The notes under the pieces: generated by a model
What the model was told of the DNA's origin: nothing
What the model saw: only the letters and a program-made list of their open reading frames with translations
Databases searched by the model: none
Made by a program: the position numbers and the translations under genes
Shown: positions 24,324 through 26,241 of the stretch, in pieces
Position numbering within the stretch: position 1 is the first letter of the stretch
Layout of the letters: the number at the start of each line of letters is the position of its first letter
NCBI GenBank assembly: GCA_002325615.1
Contig: DCSL01000020.1
Coordinates: 1,585 to 27,825 of the forward strand
Direction: 5' to 3'
Source: Amoebophilaceae bacterium UBA1467
Lineage (GTDB): Bacteria; Bacteroidota; Bacteroidia; Cytophagales; Amoebophilaceae
Length of the DNA stretch: 26,241 bases

Positions 24324-26241
24324 TTAAATCGGGTCTACGTCGAACAAAACCTTCACTTGCTTAAAAGTCTTGTCGAGCAAAACACGCCTGCTCTCTTGAG
24401 TGATCACCTGCTTAGTAAATAAAAGCCGTTTTTCCGTGTCTTTCTTGATCTTTACCCAGGTATCCATAAGGTATTGATTTCTCACCTTAGCGATCAATGG
24501 AGTTTGGGGGCCCAACACCCCATGCTCTAGTTGTTTTCGTAATCCATGGGCGAGCATGCTAGCAGCAGCCTCCACCAAGGTTTTATCCGGGTGCTTTAAG
24601 GTAATCTTGACAAGCCTTGCGTAAGGAGGATAAAGGAATTGCTTGCGCTCTCTTAACTCTCTACGATACATCCGCTCGTAGTCATGCTGCACGACGTCCT
24701 TCAAGACAGGATGTTCTGGATTGTTAGTCTGGATAATCACTTGCCCTTGCTTTTCTCTTCTGCCTGCCCGTCCACTCACTTGTGTAAGCAGCTGAAAGCA
24801 CCGCTCACTCGCTCGGAAGTCAGGAAAGTAAAGTAACCGATCCACATCGAGTACCCCTACGAGTGATACTTGGCCAAAGTCCAATCCTTTGGTAAGCATC
24901 TGGGTACCCACCAATATGTCAGTGCTTCCCTGTTCTAATGCTTCAATAAGCTTGTCATAGCTATGTTTCCCTCTGGTAGTGTCTAGGTCCATGCGTTGTA
25001 TTTTTTTCCCGGGAAAAAACAATTGCAGCGTCTCTTCTAGCTTTTCTGTGCCAAAACCTACATTTTTGAGCTGATGTGAATCGCAGATGTGACAAGCCGG
25101 CGGCATCTTGATGTTGTAGCCACAATAGTGACAACGCAAGTTGTTGTTGAACTGATGGTAGGTGAGACTAACAGCGCACTGCGTACACATAGGCACCCAA
25201 GCGCAATCCTCACAAGCAATGTAAGGCGCATATCCCCTCCTGTTTTGGAAAATAATGGCCTGCTCTTGCTGATCAAGAGTTTGCCGTAAAGCTTCTAGGA
25301 GCACCTGAGTAAAATTCTCATGCAAAGCCTTTTTTTCCCGCTCTAGGCGCACATTGGACAGTACAATCTCCGGCAAAGCAGCTTGGCCAAACCGCTCCTG
25401 GAGGGTTACAAAGCCATACTTGCCACTCTGTGCATTGTAATAGCTCTCAATAGAAGGAGTAGCCGAGCCTAGCAATACTTTGGCGTGGTGGTACTGGGCT
25501 AGGACTAGGGCAGCATCTCTGGCGTGGTAGCGAGGCATCGCATCAAACTGCTTGTAAGACGACTCGTGCTCCTCATCAACAATAATCAAACTAAGATGCT
25601 CAAAAGGCAAAAAGATAGCAGAACGTGTGCCTAGCACAAAAGAGCACTCCCCTTGTAACACGCTGTTCCAGACCTCGACCCGTTCTTTGTCAGAGTACCT
25701 GGAATGGTATACACCCACTTGATTACCAAAAATCCTTTTCAGCCGCCTGACCATCTGGGTGGTAAGGGCAATTTCAGGTAGCAGGTATAGCACCTGCCCT
25801 CCACCCTGGAGTACCTCTTGAATTAATTGCGTATATACCTCAGTCTTTCCGCTGGCTGTCACACCATGCAGCAGGACGGCGGCTTTGTCTTGAAATTGAT
25901 GGTGTATAGCGGCTAGTGCAGTGCTTTGCACTTGGCTCAGGGTAGGGGGCGATTGGTCTACCGGTTTGGCCTCCTCAAAACGAGAGACAATGACTTCTTC
26001 TTCTACAAGAATATTCTTTTTAAGGAGTGTTTGGAGCGCAGAAGGGGAAATTCCTGTTTGGATGAATTCTTTTTTATTAACGCAATAATCCTCTAGCTGT
26101 GCAGATTGATGTACAGGTACTAGCGCTACATACTTGAGCAGCACATCAAGCTGCTTGCCATTCCGTTCGAGTGCTGTAAACAGGTTCTTTAAGGTTATGT
26201 GACTTTGGGTGTAGGCCTGGTTGAGTCGCACTCTTTTAACC
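24324..26241 (-). CDS. priA: Primosomal protein N' (replication restart helicase), 5'-truncated by the window edge
   Basis: LHGVTASGKTEVY, LLPEIALT, DEEHESSYKQ, LGSATPS, NRRGYAP, two CxxC-pair zinc clusters, GTQMLTKGLDF, QVSGRAGR. The frame stays open to the end of the window. Confidence 0.97.
   Translation of the reverse strand, partial: VKRVRLNQAYTQSHITLKNLFTALERNGKQLDVLLKYVALVPVHQSAQLEDYCVNKKEFIQTGISPSALQTLLKKNILVEEEVIVSRFEEAKPVDQSPPTLSQVQSTALAAIHHQFQDKAAVLLHGVTASGKTEVYTQLIQEVLQGGGQVLYLLPEIALTTQMVRRLKRIFGNQVGVYHSRYSDKERVEVWNSVLQGECSFVLGTRSAIFLPFEHLSLIIVDEEHESSYKQFDAMPRYHARDAALVLAQYHHAKVLLGSATPSIESYYNAQSGKYGFVTLQERFGQAALPEIVLSNVRLEREKKALHENFTQVLLEALRQTLDQQEQAIIFQNRRGYAPYIACEDCAWVPMCTQCAVSLTYHQFNNNLRCHYCGYNIKMPPACHICDSHQLKNVGFGTEKLEETLQLFFPGKKIQRMDLDTTRGKHSYDKLIEALEQGSTDILVGTQMLTKGLDFGQVSLVGVLDVDRLLYFPDFRASERCFQLLTQVSGRAGRREKQGQVIIQTNNPEHPVLKDVVQHDYERMYRRELRERKQFLYPPYARLVKITLKHPDKTLVEAAASMLAHGLRKQLEHGVLGPQTPLIAKVRNQYLMDTWVKIKKDTEKRLLFTKQVITQESRRVLLDKTFKQVKVLFDVDPI

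Noticed and set aside
1-26241. CRISPR arrays, IS elements, integrases, phage genes, rRNA
   Set aside because: No regularly spaced repeats, terminal inverted repeats, transposase/integrase motifs or rRNA-like sequence were seen.

Overview
The window looks like chromosomal DNA from a reduced, host-associated Bacteroidota (Cytophagales, probably Amoebophilaceae: Amoebophilus/Cardinium-like). This assignment is inferred from gene content, a Bacteroidota-type tRNA-Ala and TAnnTTTG promoter boxes. Most of it is housekeeping: hslV, an M20 dipeptidase, a stand-alone HsdR_N-like protein, a GH3/beta-lactamase-like fusion, M23-bactofilin-AtpZ/I, glmS, a TPR protein, pdhA, recF, gatC, a flippase-like membrane protein, ndk, pheS, lptC, a CNNM/hemolysin-family protein and a 5'-truncated priA. 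The most notable signal is two independent couplings of a solute transporter to a RelA/SpoT-type HD hydrolase, with no synthetase domain in the window. (i) A 1157-aa protein is built as Na+/solute symporter + second multi-TM module + apparently dead histidine-kinase fold + intact HD hydrolase, i.e. a candidate transporter-receptor whose output is alarmone hydrolysis. (ii) A Rickettsia-like ProP MFS gene overlaps tail-to-tail with a small HD hydrolase gene next to tRNA-Ala. The cell-wall cluster shows lesions: a frameshifted and truncated beta-lactamase-like domain, and an M23 peptidase lacking three zinc-site residues. The AtpZ/I-like gene has no ATP synthase genes after it. All family calls come from motif recognition by eye; no database searches were run.
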